A DNA stretch of 64,000 bases, taken from NCBI GenBank assembly GCA_944385995.1, contig CALWZL010000001.1, positions 46,382 to 110,381 on the forward strand, in the 5' to 3' direction. Shown piece by piece: positions 1 through 9,139 of this stretch (position 1 is its first letter; every line of letters begins with the position of its first letter). Under the pieces are notes generated by a model that had not been told where the DNA came from, ran no database searches, and saw only the letters and a program-made list of their open reading frames with translations. The position numbers and the translations under genes were made by a program. The stretch is from an uncultured Faecalibacterium sp. GTDB taxonomy: Bacteria; Bacillota; Clostridia; Oscillospirales; Ruminococcaceae.

Positions 1-2
1 GC

Positions 3-920
3 GAGACGGGCCGCCTGCAGCTGTACCCCGACCCCGCCTGCACCGCCCTGCGGCAGGCTGCGGCCCGGTATTACGGCATCGAGCCGGACGAGGTGATGGC
101 AGGCAACGGCAGCGACGAAAATTTGTTTTTCGCCCTGCGGGCCTTCTGCGATGAGACCCACCCCCTGGCCCACGCCGATGTGACCTATGGATGCTATGCC
201 GTCTGGTGCGGGCTGCTCCACATCCCGGAGGACGTGATTCCCCTGGAAGCGAATTTCAGCCTGGACCCGGTGAAATACCATGGCCGGAACGAGACCATCG
301 TCATTGCCAACCCCAATGCACCCACCGGCCTGGCCCTGCCGCCGGAGGAAATTGCCAAAATCGCCGCCGCCAATCCCGACAATGTGGTGATTGTGGATGA
401 GGCCTATGTGGACTTTGGGGCCGAGAGCTGCGTTCCCCTGATCCACAGCTGCGACAATCTGCTGGTGGTCCAGACCTTTTCCAAGTCCCGGCAGATGGCC
501 GGGGCCCGTCTGGGCTTTGCCATCGGCTGCAAGAGCCTGATTGCCGACCTGGAACGGGTCCGCTCCAGCCTCAACCCCTACAACATCAACCGGATGACCC
601 TGGCCGCCGGCGTTGCGGCCCTGGAGAGCACCGGCTATTTCAACGAGACCCGCCAGCAGATCATGGAAACCCGGGCCTGGACGGCCGGGGAGCTGGCCCG
701 GCGCGGGTTTGAACTCACCGACAGCCGGACCAACTTCCTGTTTGCCCGGACCGACCGGATGGAGGGCGGCGCCCTCTACCAGGCGCTGAAGGACAAGGGC
801 GTTCTGGTCCGTCATTTCAGCACCCCCCGGATTTCCGACTGGCTGCGGATTACGGTGGGCACCCTGGAGCAGATGGAGACGCTGCTCCAAAAACTGGACG
901 AAATTCTGGGCGGGACCTGA
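3..920 (+). CDS. hisC: Histidinol-phosphate aminotransferase (5' end outside window)
   Basis: Frame open from position 3 (…LQLYPDP…); motifs GNGSDE, NPNAPTG, DEAY, TFSK..GARLG; first gene of the his cluster. Confidence 0.95.
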   Translation, partial: ETGRLQLYPDPACTALRQAAARYYGIEPDEVMAGNGSDENLFFALRAFCDETHPLAHADVTYGCYAVWCGLLHIPEDVIPLEANFSLDPVKYHGRNETIVIANPNAPTGLALPPEEIAKIAAANPDNVVIVDEAYVDFGAESCVPLIHSCDNLLVVQTFSKSRQMAGARLGFAIGCKSLIADLERVRSSLNPYNINRMTLAAGVAALESTGYFNETRQQIMETRAWTAGELARRGFELTDSRTNFLFARTDRMEGGALYQALKDKGVLVRHFSTPRISDWLRITVGTLEQMETLLQKLDEILGGT

Positions 921-953
921 AGACCTGTCCCAGCCACGAGGGAGGACGACACC

Positions 954-1544
954 ATGCGGGAAGTACGAGTGGAACGCAACACCGCCGAGACCCAGATCGA
1001 GCTGACGCTGGACCTGGACGGGGCGGGGATTTATCAGGTGGACACCGGCTGCGGTTTTTTGAACCATATGCTGGAGCTGTTCGCCCGGCATGGCCGGTTT
1101 GATCTGGTTCTGACCTGCCACGGGGATGTGGAGGTGGATTACCATCACACCGCCGAGGACATCGGCATCGCCCTGGGCCAGGCTTTCCGCCAGGGGCTGG
1201 GAGAGATGCGGGGCATCCAGCGCTACGGCAGTTTTTATCTGCCCATGGATGAGGCGCTGGTTCTCTGCGCGGTGGATCTGTCGGGCCGGTGCACCCTGAA
1301 CTGGTCGGTGCACTGCCCCACCGAGAAGGTGGGGGACTTCGACGTGGAGTGTGCCAGGGAGTTCTGGATGGGTTTTGCCCGCAGCGTTCCGGCCACCCTC
1401 CACTTTGTCCAGTTCGCGGGAGAAAACAGCCACCACATTCTGGAGGCCTGCTACAAGGGCGCTGCCCGGGCCCTGGCCGCCGCCGTCCAGATTGACGCAT
1501 CTCACCGGGACGAAATCCCCTCAACGAAAGGACTGCTGGTATGA
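954..1544 (+). CDS. hisB: Imidazoleglycerol-phosphate dehydratase
   Basis: RxTxET, HMLE, HHTAED, PMDEAL, NSHHILE motifs; GGAGG RBS. Confidence 0.97.
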   Translation: MREVRVERNTAETQIELTLDLDGAGIYQVDTGCGFLNHMLELFARHGRFDLVLTCHGDVEVDYHHTAEDIGIALGQAFRQGLGEMRGIQRYGSFYLPMDEALVLCAVDLSGRCTLNWSVHCPTEKVGDFDVECAREFWMGFARSVPATLHFVQFAGENSHHILEACYKGAARALAAAVQIDASHRDEIPSTKGLLV

Positions 1545-2149
1545 TTGCCGTGATTGATTACGGGGTGGGAAACCTGTTCAGCCTCCGTTCCAGCCTGAAA
1601 AGTCTGGGGCTGGAGGCGGTGGTCACCGCTGACCCCGCCGTGATTCGGGCCGCCGACCGGGTGATTCTGCCCGGGGTGGGGGCCTTTGGGGACGCCAGGG
1701 AAAAGCTGACCGCCGCCGGCCTGGTGCCGGTGGTGCAGGCCGAGGCGGCCCGCAAGCCCCTGCTGGGCATCTGCCTGGGGATGCAGCTGCTGTTTGACAA
1801 GAGCTATGAGTACGGAGAGCATCAGGGCCTGGGTCTGGTGCCGGGGACCGTCTGTCCCCTGGAACCCGACCTGACCGGCCCCAGCCTCAAGGTGCCCCAG
1901 ATCGGCTGGAACGCATTGCAGATTCTGCGGGATGACCCTCTGTTCCGGTATGTGAAGAACGGGGAATATGTCTACTACGTCCACAGCTATTACGCCAAGG
2001 ACTGCACCGAAAGCACCCTGGCAGTCAGCGAGTATTCCATCCCGGTCACCGGGGTGGTCCGGTCGGGCAAGGTGTACGGCACCCAGTTCCACCCCGAAAA
2101 GAGCGGGGACACCGGCCTGCGGCTGCTGAAAGCCTTCGCTGAACTGTGA
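1541..2149 (+). CDS. hisH: Imidazole glycerol phosphate synthase, glutaminase subunit
   Basis: IDYGVGNL, PGVGAF, GICLGMQ, QFHPEKS motifs. Confidence 0.97.
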   Translation: MIAVIDYGVGNLFSLRSSLKSLGLEAVVTADPAVIRAADRVILPGVGAFGDAREKLTAAGLVPVVQAEAARKPLLGICLGMQLLFDKSYEYGEHQGLGLVPGTVCPLEPDLTGPSLKVPQIGWNALQILRDDPLFRYVKNGEYVYYVHSYYAKDCTESTLAVSEYSIPVTGVVRSGKVYGTQFHPEKSGDTGLRLLKAFAEL

Positions 2150-2170
2150 CCATCGAGGAGGGGCCATGCC

Positions 2171-2896
2171 ATGAAAATTTTTCCGGCCATCGACCTGCGG
2201 GGCGGACAGGTGGTCCGCCTGACCCAGGGCGACTATGACAAAATGACGGTCTACGGGACCGACCCCGCCGCCCAGGCCGAGGCTTTCCGGCAGGCGGGGG
2301 CCAGCTGCCTTCACCTGGTGGACCTGGACGGCGCCAAAGACGGCGCCCCGGTGAACCTGGAGGCCATCCGGGCCATTGCCCGGCAGGGGGGCCTTTACAT
2401 CGAGGTGGGAGGCGGCATCCGCACCGAAGAACGAATCGCAGAATATTTGGAGCTGGGGGTGGGCCGCTGCATTCTGGGCAGCGTGGCCGTCACCGACTTT
2501 GATTTCACCGCCCGGATGCTGAAAACCTACGGGGACCGGCTGGCGGTGGGCGTCGACATGAAGGATGGCCGGGTGGCCATTCACGGCTGGAAAGAGGTCA
2601 GCGATGTGGACGGCCTGGACTTCTGCCGGCGTCTGTATGAGGCGGGCTGCACCGCCGTCATCTGCACCGATATCGCCCGGGACGGCGCCATGCAGGGGAC
2701 CAATCTGGACCTCTACCGCCGCCTGCGGGAAGAATTGCCGGACCTGGCAGTGACGGCCAGCGGCGGCATCAGCCGGATGGAGGAGCTGGAAGCCCTGGAC
2801 CAGATGGGGACGGCGGCAGCCATCCTGGGCAAGAGTCTGTACACCGGCGCGCTGGACCTGGCCGCCTGTGTCCGTCTGTGCGAAAAGAAAGGATAA
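2171..2896 (+). CDS. hisA: ProFAR isomerase
   Basis: PAIDL, HLVDLDGA, VGGGIR, TDIARDG, ASGG motifs. Confidence 0.97.
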   Translation: MKIFPAIDLRGGQVVRLTQGDYDKMTVYGTDPAAQAEAFRQAGASCLHLVDLDGAKDGAPVNLEAIRAIARQGGLYIEVGGGIRTEERIAEYLELGVGRCILGSVAVTDFDFTARMLKTYGDRLAVGVDMKDGRVAIHGWKEVSDVDGLDFCRRLYEAGCTAVICTDIARDGAMQGTNLDLYRRLREELPDLAVTASGGISRMEELEALDQMGTAAAILGKSLYTGALDLAACVRLCEKKG

Positions 2897-2902
2897 GCGC
2901 CT

Positions 2903-3658
2903 ATGATTACCAAGCGGATCATCCCCTGCCTGGACGTGCGGAACGGCCGGGTGGTCAAGGGGGTCAACTTTGAGGGGGTGCGGGACGTGGCCGACCCGGT
3001 GGAGATGGCCCGGATGTACAACGCCGCCGGGGCCGACGAGCTGGTGTTCTATGACATCACCGCCAGCTTTGAGGGCCGGGCCCTTTTTACCGATATTCTG
3101 ACCCGGGTGGCCAGCGAAATCTTCATCCCCCTGACGGTGGGAGGCGGCATCAACACCCTGGAGGACTTCGACCGGGTGCTCAAGTGCGGCGCCGACAAGG
3201 TGTCGGTGAACTCGGGAGCCCTGAAGGACCCCGGCCTGATCCCGGCGGCAGCCCAGCGGTACGGCAGTCAGTGCGTGGTTTTGTCCGCCGATGTCAAGCG
3301 GGTGGACGGACAGTTCCGGGTCTTTGCCAAGGGCGGCCGGGAGGACACCGGCCGGGATGCCCTGGACTGGATTGCCGAATGCGTCGCCAACGGCGCCGGG
3401 GAAATCTGCCTCAACAGCATCGACACCGACGGCGTCCGGGAGGGCTTTGACCTGGAAATGCTGGACGCGGTCAGCGCCCGGGTGAATGTTCCCATCATTG
3501 CCTCGGGCGGCGCCGGCAAAAAGGAAGATTTTCTGGAGCTGTTCGGCCACAAGGGGATCGACGCCGGTCTGGCCGCCGGTATTTTCCACCAGAAACTCCT
3601 CACCATTCGGGAGCTGAAGGAATATCTTGCAAAAAATGGTGTGGAAATGCGGCTCTGA
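2903..3658 (+). CDS. hisF: Imidazole glycerol phosphate synthase, cyclase subunit
   Basis: KRIIPCLDV, VVKGVNF, GADELVFYDITAS, GADKVS motifs. Confidence 0.98.
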   Translation: MITKRIIPCLDVRNGRVVKGVNFEGVRDVADPVEMARMYNAAGADELVFYDITASFEGRALFTDILTRVASEIFIPLTVGGGINTLEDFDRVLKCGADKVSVNSGALKDPGLIPAAAQRYGSQCVVLSADVKRVDGQFRVFAKGGREDTGRDALDWIAECVANGAGEICLNSIDTDGVREGFDLEMLDAVSARVNVPIIASGGAGKKEDFLELFGHKGIDAGLAAGIFHQKLLTIRELKEYLAKNGVEMRL

Positions 3659-3723
3659 CCCCTTGCATATCGGGCCGGAATACGATAAACTGTTAATGTC
3701 CCATTTGACGGGCAGGAGAGAGT

Positions 3724-4359
3724 ATGGAACTGAAATTTGACGATCGGGGTCTGATCCCGGCCATTGTGCAGGATCACTATACCAAAGAGGTGCTCACCCT
3801 CGCATACATGAACGCCGAAACCCTGGCACTGACCATTGCCGAGGGCCGGACGGTGTTTTGGAGCCGCAGCCGCCAGGAGATCTGGCGGAAGGGGGAAACC
3901 AGCGGCAATATTCAGCGGGTGGTGTCCATCACCGCCGACTGCGACGGGGATGCACTGGTGGTGGAAGTGGTCAAGAGCGGCCCGGCCTGCCACACCGGCG
4001 CCGAGAGCTGCTTTTTCAATCCGGTCTATGTCAGCGACGAACTGAAGCAGTTCAGCTGGCAGGGCCTGTATCAGCTCATCCAGGGCCGCAAGACCGACCC
4101 CAAAGAGGGCAGTTACACCACCTACCTGTTTGAAAAGGGCAAAGAAAAAATCCTCAAAAAGGTGGGCGAAGAGTGCACCGAGGTCATCATCGCCGGAGAG
4201 AAGGAGGACAAGGCCGAGACGGTCTATGAGATCAGCGACCTTGCCTACCATGTTCTGGTGCTGATGGTACAGGCCGGCATCACGGTGGAGGACATCACCC
4301 GTGAGCTGGAAAAACGACACGTCATTGACCATAAGGTCAAACAGGAAAGGATGCAGTGA
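3724..4359 (+). CDS. hisIE: Bifunctional phosphoribosyl-AMP cyclohydrolase / phosphoribosyl-ATP pyrophosphatase
   Basis: SRSR, KGETSG, DCDGD, ACHTG and KKVGEE motifs. Confidence 0.97.
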   Translation: MELKFDDRGLIPAIVQDHYTKEVLTLAYMNAETLALTIAEGRTVFWSRSRQEIWRKGETSGNIQRVVSITADCDGDALVVEVVKSGPACHTGAESCFFNPVYVSDELKQFSWQGLYQLIQGRKTDPKEGSYTTYLFEKGKEKILKKVGEECTEVIIAGEKEDKAETVYEISDLAYHVLVLMVQAGITVEDITRELEKRHVIDHKVKQERMQ

Positions 4360-5192
4360 ACAAGGTTATGGCAGACTTCATGAAATCCAGCGTCCACTGT
4401 CACTCGACGCTGTGCGACGGAAAAAATACCCTGCAGGAGATGGCGTCCGCAGCCTGCGCCCAGGGCCTGACAACGCTGGGATTCACGGGGCACAGCCATA
4501 CCCCCTGCGACCGGGAATACTGCATGAGTCCCCGCCGCACCGCCCAGTACAAGGCCACCATCGCCAAGCTGAAAGCGGAGTACAAGGGCAAGGTGGATAT
4601 CCTCTGCGGCATCGAGTGGGATCAGTTTTCGGACGACAAGCGGATCGGGTACGACTACTGGATCGGCAGCGTGCACTATCTGCACGGGGCCAACACCGAT
4701 CGGTACTATGAAATCGATTTCCGCAAGCAGGACCTGCAGGCCTGCATCGACGCCGATTTCGGCGGGGACGGCCTGGCGGCGGTGGAAGCCTACTTCCGCT
4801 CGGTGGCCGAAGTGGCCGCCCTCAAGCCCGACATTCTGGGCCACATCGACCTCATCAAGAAGCTGAACCGGGACGGCGCATTCTTCGACGAGAATTCCGA
4901 CCGCTACCACGCCGCGGCCCTGGGCGCCCTGGAGGCGGCCCGCTCGGCCGGCTGTGTGCTGGAAGTCAATACCGGCGCGGTGTTCCGCGGCTACCGGGAT
5001 GATTTTTATCCCAGTCCCTGGCTGCTGGAGGCATGGAACCGGATGGGCGGCAAGGTCATCATCACCGCCGACGCCCACTCCACCGACTGCCTGACCTTCG
5101 GCTATGAGGAGGCCGCCCGCCAGATCAAGGCGGCAGGCTTTGCCAGCGTCCAGGTGCTGACCGGCGCCGGCTTCCAGACCCAGGAAATCTGA
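4356..5192 (+). CDS. hisK: PHP-family histidinol-phosphatase (HisJ/HisK)
   Basis: HCHS..CDG, GIEWD, IGSVH, GHIDL, LEVNT, ADAH motifs; overlaps the hisIE stop; start could be ATG 4380. Confidence 0.85.
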   Translation: MNKVMADFMKSSVHCHSTLCDGKNTLQEMASAACAQGLTTLGFTGHSHTPCDREYCMSPRRTAQYKATIAKLKAEYKGKVDILCGIEWDQFSDDKRIGYDYWIGSVHYLHGANTDRYYEIDFRKQDLQACIDADFGGDGLAAVEAYFRSVAEVAALKPDILGHIDLIKKLNRDGAFFDENSDRYHAAALGALEAARSAGCVLEVNTGAVFRGYRDDFYPSPWLLEAWNRMGGKVIITADAHSTDCLTFGYEEAARQIKAAGFASVQVLTGAGFQTQEI

Positions 5193-5214
5193 TCCAATTC
5201 AAGAGACAACAAAA

Positions 5215-5481
5215 CGCGGCTTCCGCCTGTGCGGGAGCCGCAAAATGGTAAATTTGTCCAGACTGGACGACATGTGCGTACAGTCTGGACACCTACAGGG
5301 AAATTTTATGGCAAATTGTGTGCGAGGCCAAGGGCCAAGTGCGCGGTTTGCCGTAAAATTTTGTCCCCTGGGGGATACCAGCGGGAAGGAATTTCTGACC
5401 TGCGCAGGCAGGCAGAAATGGGTTCCCCCTGGAGCGTGTCGAAAGACACGCCCGCGGCTTCCGCCCAGAGCGGGAGCCGTG
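5215..5481 (+). ncRNA. Candidate structured intergenic element (six consecutive hairpins)
   Basis: Hairpins found by eye, including a 23-bp stem (5301-5361) with six G-U pairs and no mismatch; near-identical first and last hairpins. Confidence 0.45.
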
Positions 5482-5503
5482 TCTTGATGTTACAGGAGGC
5501 GCA

Positions 5504-6886
5504 ATGGAAAAAACACAAACGCTGGGACGGCGGCGCGGCAGCCGGCAGGTGGACCTGATTCACGGGCCCATCTTCCGCAACCTGCTGATTTTTGCCATCC
5601 CGATTTTTATTTCCAATCTGTTCCAGCAGCTGTACAACGCGGCGGATACCATGATTGTGGGCAACGTGCTGGGCGACATGTCTTTGGCGGCGGTGGGCGC
5701 CTGCGGCTCGATTTATGAGCTGCTGGTGGGCTTTGGACTGGGCATCGGCAACGGCCTGGCCATCGTCACCGCCCGGGCCTACGGCGCCGAGGATGCGGGC
5801 AAGGTCAAAAAGACGGTGGCCGGCTCCATCGTGATTGGACTGGCGGCGTCCGCCGTCATCACGGTGGTGGGCCTGCTGTTTCTGTATCCGCTGCTGGAAG
5901 CCCTGGACACCCCGCCCGAAATCATCGACGAGGCCTACAGCTACATCCGGCCCATTGCCCAGTATGTGGTGGTCATGTTTGTCTATAACCTCTGCGCCGC
6001 CCTGCTGCGGGCGGTGGGCAACAGCTTGATGCCCCTGGTGTTTCTGATCTTCTCTTCCTGCCTCAATGTGGCCCTGGACTACTGGTTTGTGGCCGGCCTG
6101 GCGATGGGGGTGCGGGGCGCTGCCCTGGCCACCGTGTTGTCCCAGGCGGTTTCGGTGGTCCTCTGCATCTTCTACATCCTCAAATGCGCCCGGCATCTGG
6201 TGCCGGGCAGGGAACACTTCTCCATTGAGAAGGGCCTCTACCGGGAGATGGTGACCCAGGGCCTTTCCATGGGCCTGATGAGCAGCATCGTGTCGGCGGG
6301 CTCGGTGATTCTTCAGTATGGCATCAATGGCCTGGGCACCCTGGTGATTGCCGGTCACACCGCCGCCCGGAAACTGTTTACCTTCACCGATATGCCGGTG
6401 ATTGCCATGGCGACGGCCTGTTCCACCTTTGTCTCCCAGAACCGGGGCGCCGACCAGCCCGACCGCATCCGCAAGGGGATGCGGCAGATTTGGCTGTTTG
6501 GCCTGGGCACCGCCATTGTGATGACCGTCCTGATGTGGCTGTGTGCCGGCATTCTGGTCCAGCTGATTTCGGGTTCCAGCGAGGCGGTGGTCCTGGAGAA
6601 CGGCGCCCGCTATCTCCGCTGGACGGCCCCCTTCTATTCGGTGCTGGGGGTGCTTTTGTCCACCCGGTATGCCCTCCAGAGCCTGGGCCAAAAAGTCCTT
6701 CCCCTGATTTCCAGCGGCATCGAACTGGTGGGCAAGATTCTGTTTATGCTCTTTTTCATCCCGCAGTTCGGCTACAACGCCGTCATCCTCTGTGAGCCGG
6801 TGATCTGGTGCTTTATGTGCGCCCAGCTTCTTTGGAGCTATTGGGGCGATCCCTACATCAAGGGCAGCAAGGCCGGCCGGACCTGA
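5504..6886 (+). CDS. MATE family efflux transporter
   Basis: FAIP...QQLYNAAD..IVG, RAVGNS..PL, GVRGAALAT motifs; ~12 hydrophobic segments; CAGGAGG RBS. Confidence 0.93.
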   Translation: MEKTQTLGRRRGSRQVDLIHGPIFRNLLIFAIPIFISNLFQQLYNAADTMIVGNVLGDMSLAAVGACGSIYELLVGFGLGIGNGLAIVTARAYGAEDAGKVKKTVAGSIVIGLAASAVITVVGLLFLYPLLEALDTPPEIIDEAYSYIRPIAQYVVVMFVYNLCAALLRAVGNSLMPLVFLIFSSCLNVALDYWFVAGLAMGVRGAALATVLSQAVSVVLCIFYILKCARHLVPGREHFSIEKGLYREMVTQGLSMGLMSSIVSAGSVILQYGINGLGTLVIAGHTAARKLFTFTDMPVIAMATACSTFVSQNRGADQPDRIRKGMRQIWLFGLGTAIVMTVLMWLCAGILVQLISGSSEAVVLENGARYLRWTAPFYSVLGVLLSTRYALQSLGQKVLPLISSGIELVGKILFMLFFIPQFGYNAVILCEPVIWCFMCAQLLWSYWGDPYIKGSKAGRT

Positions 6887-6949
6887 CCGCCGCAGCTGCC
6901 TGCACTCCAAAACAGTGCGTCTCCGGCGGACAAAAATGGGCCGAATGGA

Positions 6950-6978
6950 TTGACAACCCGGGGAAATTGTGTTATCAT
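6950..6978 (+). promoter_or_regulatory. Sigma-A promoter of an ORF-free unit
   Basis: TTGACA-17 nt-TATCAT with extended TG. Confidence 0.7.
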
Positions 6979-6984
6979 GTCCAC

Positions 6985-7147
6985 ATGACTTGACGCGACT
7001 TGAGCAAAATAAAATCCCCGGATCGCTTTGATCTGCGGTGCTCAAATGCCGTTCCGGCTTAGAATTCTTTGGCCGGCGGCCCATTCTGTGCTTTCTACGG
7101 ACCCTTGTATATATACCCCCGGCGGCTTGTCCGCCGGGGGCTTTGTT
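6985..7147 (+). ncRNA. Candidate small RNA 1
   Basis: Lies between a consensus promoter and a GC hairpin plus T-rich tail (7116-7147); three internal hairpins; no RBS-supported ORF. Confidence 0.5.
7116..7140. repeat. Palindromic CCCCGGCGG-n-CCGCCGGGG repeat/terminator, copy 1
   Basis: cccccggcggcttgtccgccggggg; related copies at 8169-8195, 8408-8432, 9786-9804, 10554-10575. Confidence 0.85.
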
Positions 7148-7365
7148 GTGTCCGGGGGTGAAAAACAACAACCTGTTACAATAAAGATGCAAAACATTAC
7201 AATATGCCTGTGGAAACGTCGCCGGGGCGGGAAACAGGCCCGGGCGGCAAGGGACGGCAAAAGGTTCCCGGTTTGGGGCGGGCATGGCGGATGCCGGAAG
7301 CATAAACCGGGAAACATTTTCCCCGGGGAAGGGCGAAGAGGTTTGTTCATGGTGAAGTTCCGTTA

Positions 7366-7394
7366 TTGACAATAACTGGTAAATATGGTATTTT
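7366..7394 (+). promoter_or_regulatory. Promoter of lipoprotein 1, with palindrome over the -35 box
   Basis: TTGACA-17-TATTTT with extended TG; GTTATTG-A-CAATAAC palindrome at 7362-7376; homologous to 8483-8511. Confidence 0.6.
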
Positions 7395-7467
7395 TATTCA
7401 AAACGAGGGGACTGGAATCAACAAGACGGTCTCATCTTCAAGGTACAGAGAAAGGATGGGTACAGCG

Positions 7468-8151
7468 ATGAAATGCAAAAAATGGATGGCTCTTGCTCTG
7501 GCGGCCGTGATGGCAGTGGGCGTTTTGGCGGGCTGCGGCGGCAATGGCAGCAGCACCAGCAGTGACTTGAACATCCAGGAGGTCAATTCTTATCTGAAAA
7601 CGGCCGGCAGTGATGTCCAGGTGAAAAATTCGGATGCCCTGAACAGCGCGGTCAAGCAGGCAGCCAGCAGCATGAAGGAAAGCGGCATTTTCACCCCGGA
7701 TAAGGCCAACGAAGAGGTCTTTAACCGCATGGACTGGTCGGACGTGGATGAGATGCTGGATGCCATCGGCAATCTGCAGGAAATGAATCCCTTCATCAAT
7801 CTGTCCTATGGCGCAGGTTTCTGCATCGAGGCAAATCGCCTGGAAGAGGGCGTGGATGTCAAATCGCTCCTGTCGGTTGTGGGGCTCAGCAGCGATCAGG
7901 TGGACAGCCTGGGCGTCGTGAAGACACCCGAACAGTTTGCAGCCGCCATTGTTCTGGCCGTGGATGAAACCATTGACGAGAACATCGATCAGGCCCTGAA
8001 TGGCCTGCTGCCGGACTGGCTGGAAGAGGTCGAATTCAAAGATCTGATCGGCTTTAACTACAGTGTCAGCGCGACCAAAGTGACCAGCGAAGAGGGCGTG
8101 GTCTACTGGGTTTTTGGCGGCCAGGTGGAAGCAAAAACCTTCAGCGTGTGA
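7468..8151 (+). CDS. Lipoprotein of unknown function, paralogue 1
   Basis: MKCKKWMALALAAVMAVGVLAGC lipobox; motifs shared with the three downstream paralogues. Confidence 0.88.
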   Translation: MKCKKWMALALAAVMAVGVLAGCGGNGSSTSSDLNIQEVNSYLKTAGSDVQVKNSDALNSAVKQAASSMKESGIFTPDKANEEVFNRMDWSDVDEMLDAIGNLQEMNPFINLSYGAGFCIEANRLEEGVDVKSLLSVVGLSSDQVDSLGVVKTPEQFAAAIVLAVDETIDENIDQALNGLLPDWLEEVEFKDLIGFNYSVSATKVTSEEGVVYWVFGGQVEAKTFSV

Positions 8152-8168
8152 GATAACAGCATCATCTT

Positions 8169-8195
8169 GTCCCCGGCGGCTGGTCCGCCGGGGAC
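8169..8195. repeat. Palindromic repeat/terminator, copy 2
   Basis: gtccccggcggctggtccgccggggac followed by tttgtt. Confidence 0.85.
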
Positions 8196-8297
8196 TTTGT
8201 TGGGTCTGGAGGAAAACAACCGGTAAAATAAGACAATCAAACGACAAATCATTACAATTTTATGGAAGAAATGCAGGAATTGTGGTATTCTGAAAGT

Positions 8298-8440
8298 ACC
8301 ATAAACGCAAAGCCCTCCCCGGATTTGCGGACCTTTCCAGAACTTGCAAATGGATCCCCAAAACGTAACGACAAATAGAGATTCCCTTCTTAACCGATCG
8401 TGCAAGACCCCCGGCGGCTCGTCCGCCGGGGGTCTTGCAC
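8298..8440 (+). ncRNA. Candidate small RNA 2
   Basis: Extended -10 TGTGGTATTCT (8281-8291); 5' hairpin cgcaaa/tttgcg with C-rich loop; ends in the extended palindrome 8400-8440; shares TCCCCGGAT with sRNA 1. Confidence 0.42.
8400..8440. repeat. Palindromic repeat/terminator, copy 3
   Basis: gtgcaagacccccggcgg-ctcgt-ccgccgggggtcttgcac. Confidence 0.85.
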
Positions 8441-8482
8441 TGTAAAAACAGTTGTATTTTTGTCGATACTGAAGTATAGTTA

Positions 8483-8511
8483 TTGACAATATATTCAAAA
8501 TATGGTACGTT
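8483..8511 (+). promoter_or_regulatory. Promoter of lipoprotein 2
   Basis: TTGACA-17-TACGTT with extended TG; homologous to the promoter at 7366. Confidence 0.55.
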
Positions 8512-8585
8512 TAATCCAAGTGAGGGAGATTGTAACCAATTTGACACAAAATTTCTCCCATCCTGGAACAGAAAGGAGCGTGGCT

Positions 8586-9068
8586 ATGAAACAAAGACGA
8601 TGGATTGCATGGATTCTGGCCGTTGTGATGGCGGCCTGTCTGCTGGCTGGCTGCGGCCTGGGCAGTGAGGCAAGCCTTTTGGCGCTGGATTATGCGTCCA
8701 TCAACCGGATGCTGAAGGAGGATGGACTGGAAGTCACCGTCTCCTCGGATGACACCCTGAATCAGGCGGTGGCCGAAGCGGCCCAGGCCCTGGACGGGGC
8801 GGAGCGGGAAGAATCCGAGTCCGACGCCGTCAAAACCCAGATCGCCCGTCAAACCGGAACCATGCCCCTGATCTGTGAGGCATATGACCGGGCCTACTGG
8901 CCCAATGCGCCGCTGGGAAACCCGGACCGCCACGAGAAAACCATGGTATCTTTTGCACAGCAGCTGTATGAGGGCGGCAACGGCCGGTCCTATACGGCGG
9001 CACTGGCCGGTTTCACCACCAAAGACGGGGATCGGATGCTCTTACTGGTGATGTCCAAAGGAAGATGA
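8586..9068 (+). CDS. Lipoprotein of unknown function, paralogue 2 (shortest, most divergent)
   Basis: GAAAGGAG RBS; MKQRRWIAWILAVVMAACLLAGC lipobox; INRML..LNQAVAEAA motif. Confidence 0.85.
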   Translation: MKQRRWIAWILAVVMAACLLAGCGLGSEASLLALDYASINRMLKEDGLEVTVSSDDTLNQAVAEAAQALDGAEREESESDAVKTQIARQTGTMPLICEAYDRAYWPNAPLGNPDRHEKTMVSFAQQLYEGGNGRSYTAALAGFTTKDGDRMLLLVMSKGR

Positions 9069-9139
9069 CAGGCACACGGCCTGTTGGTAGGCACACGATT
9101 CGGTAAAATCTTGACAACATGAAACGAGGTGTACAGGTT

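Noticed and set aside
8283-8330. c-di-GMP-I riboswitch suggested by GAAA…ACGCAAAGCC
   Set aside because: No GNRA tetraloop/receptor geometry or P1; the segment is better explained as an extended -10 promoter plus 5' hairpin
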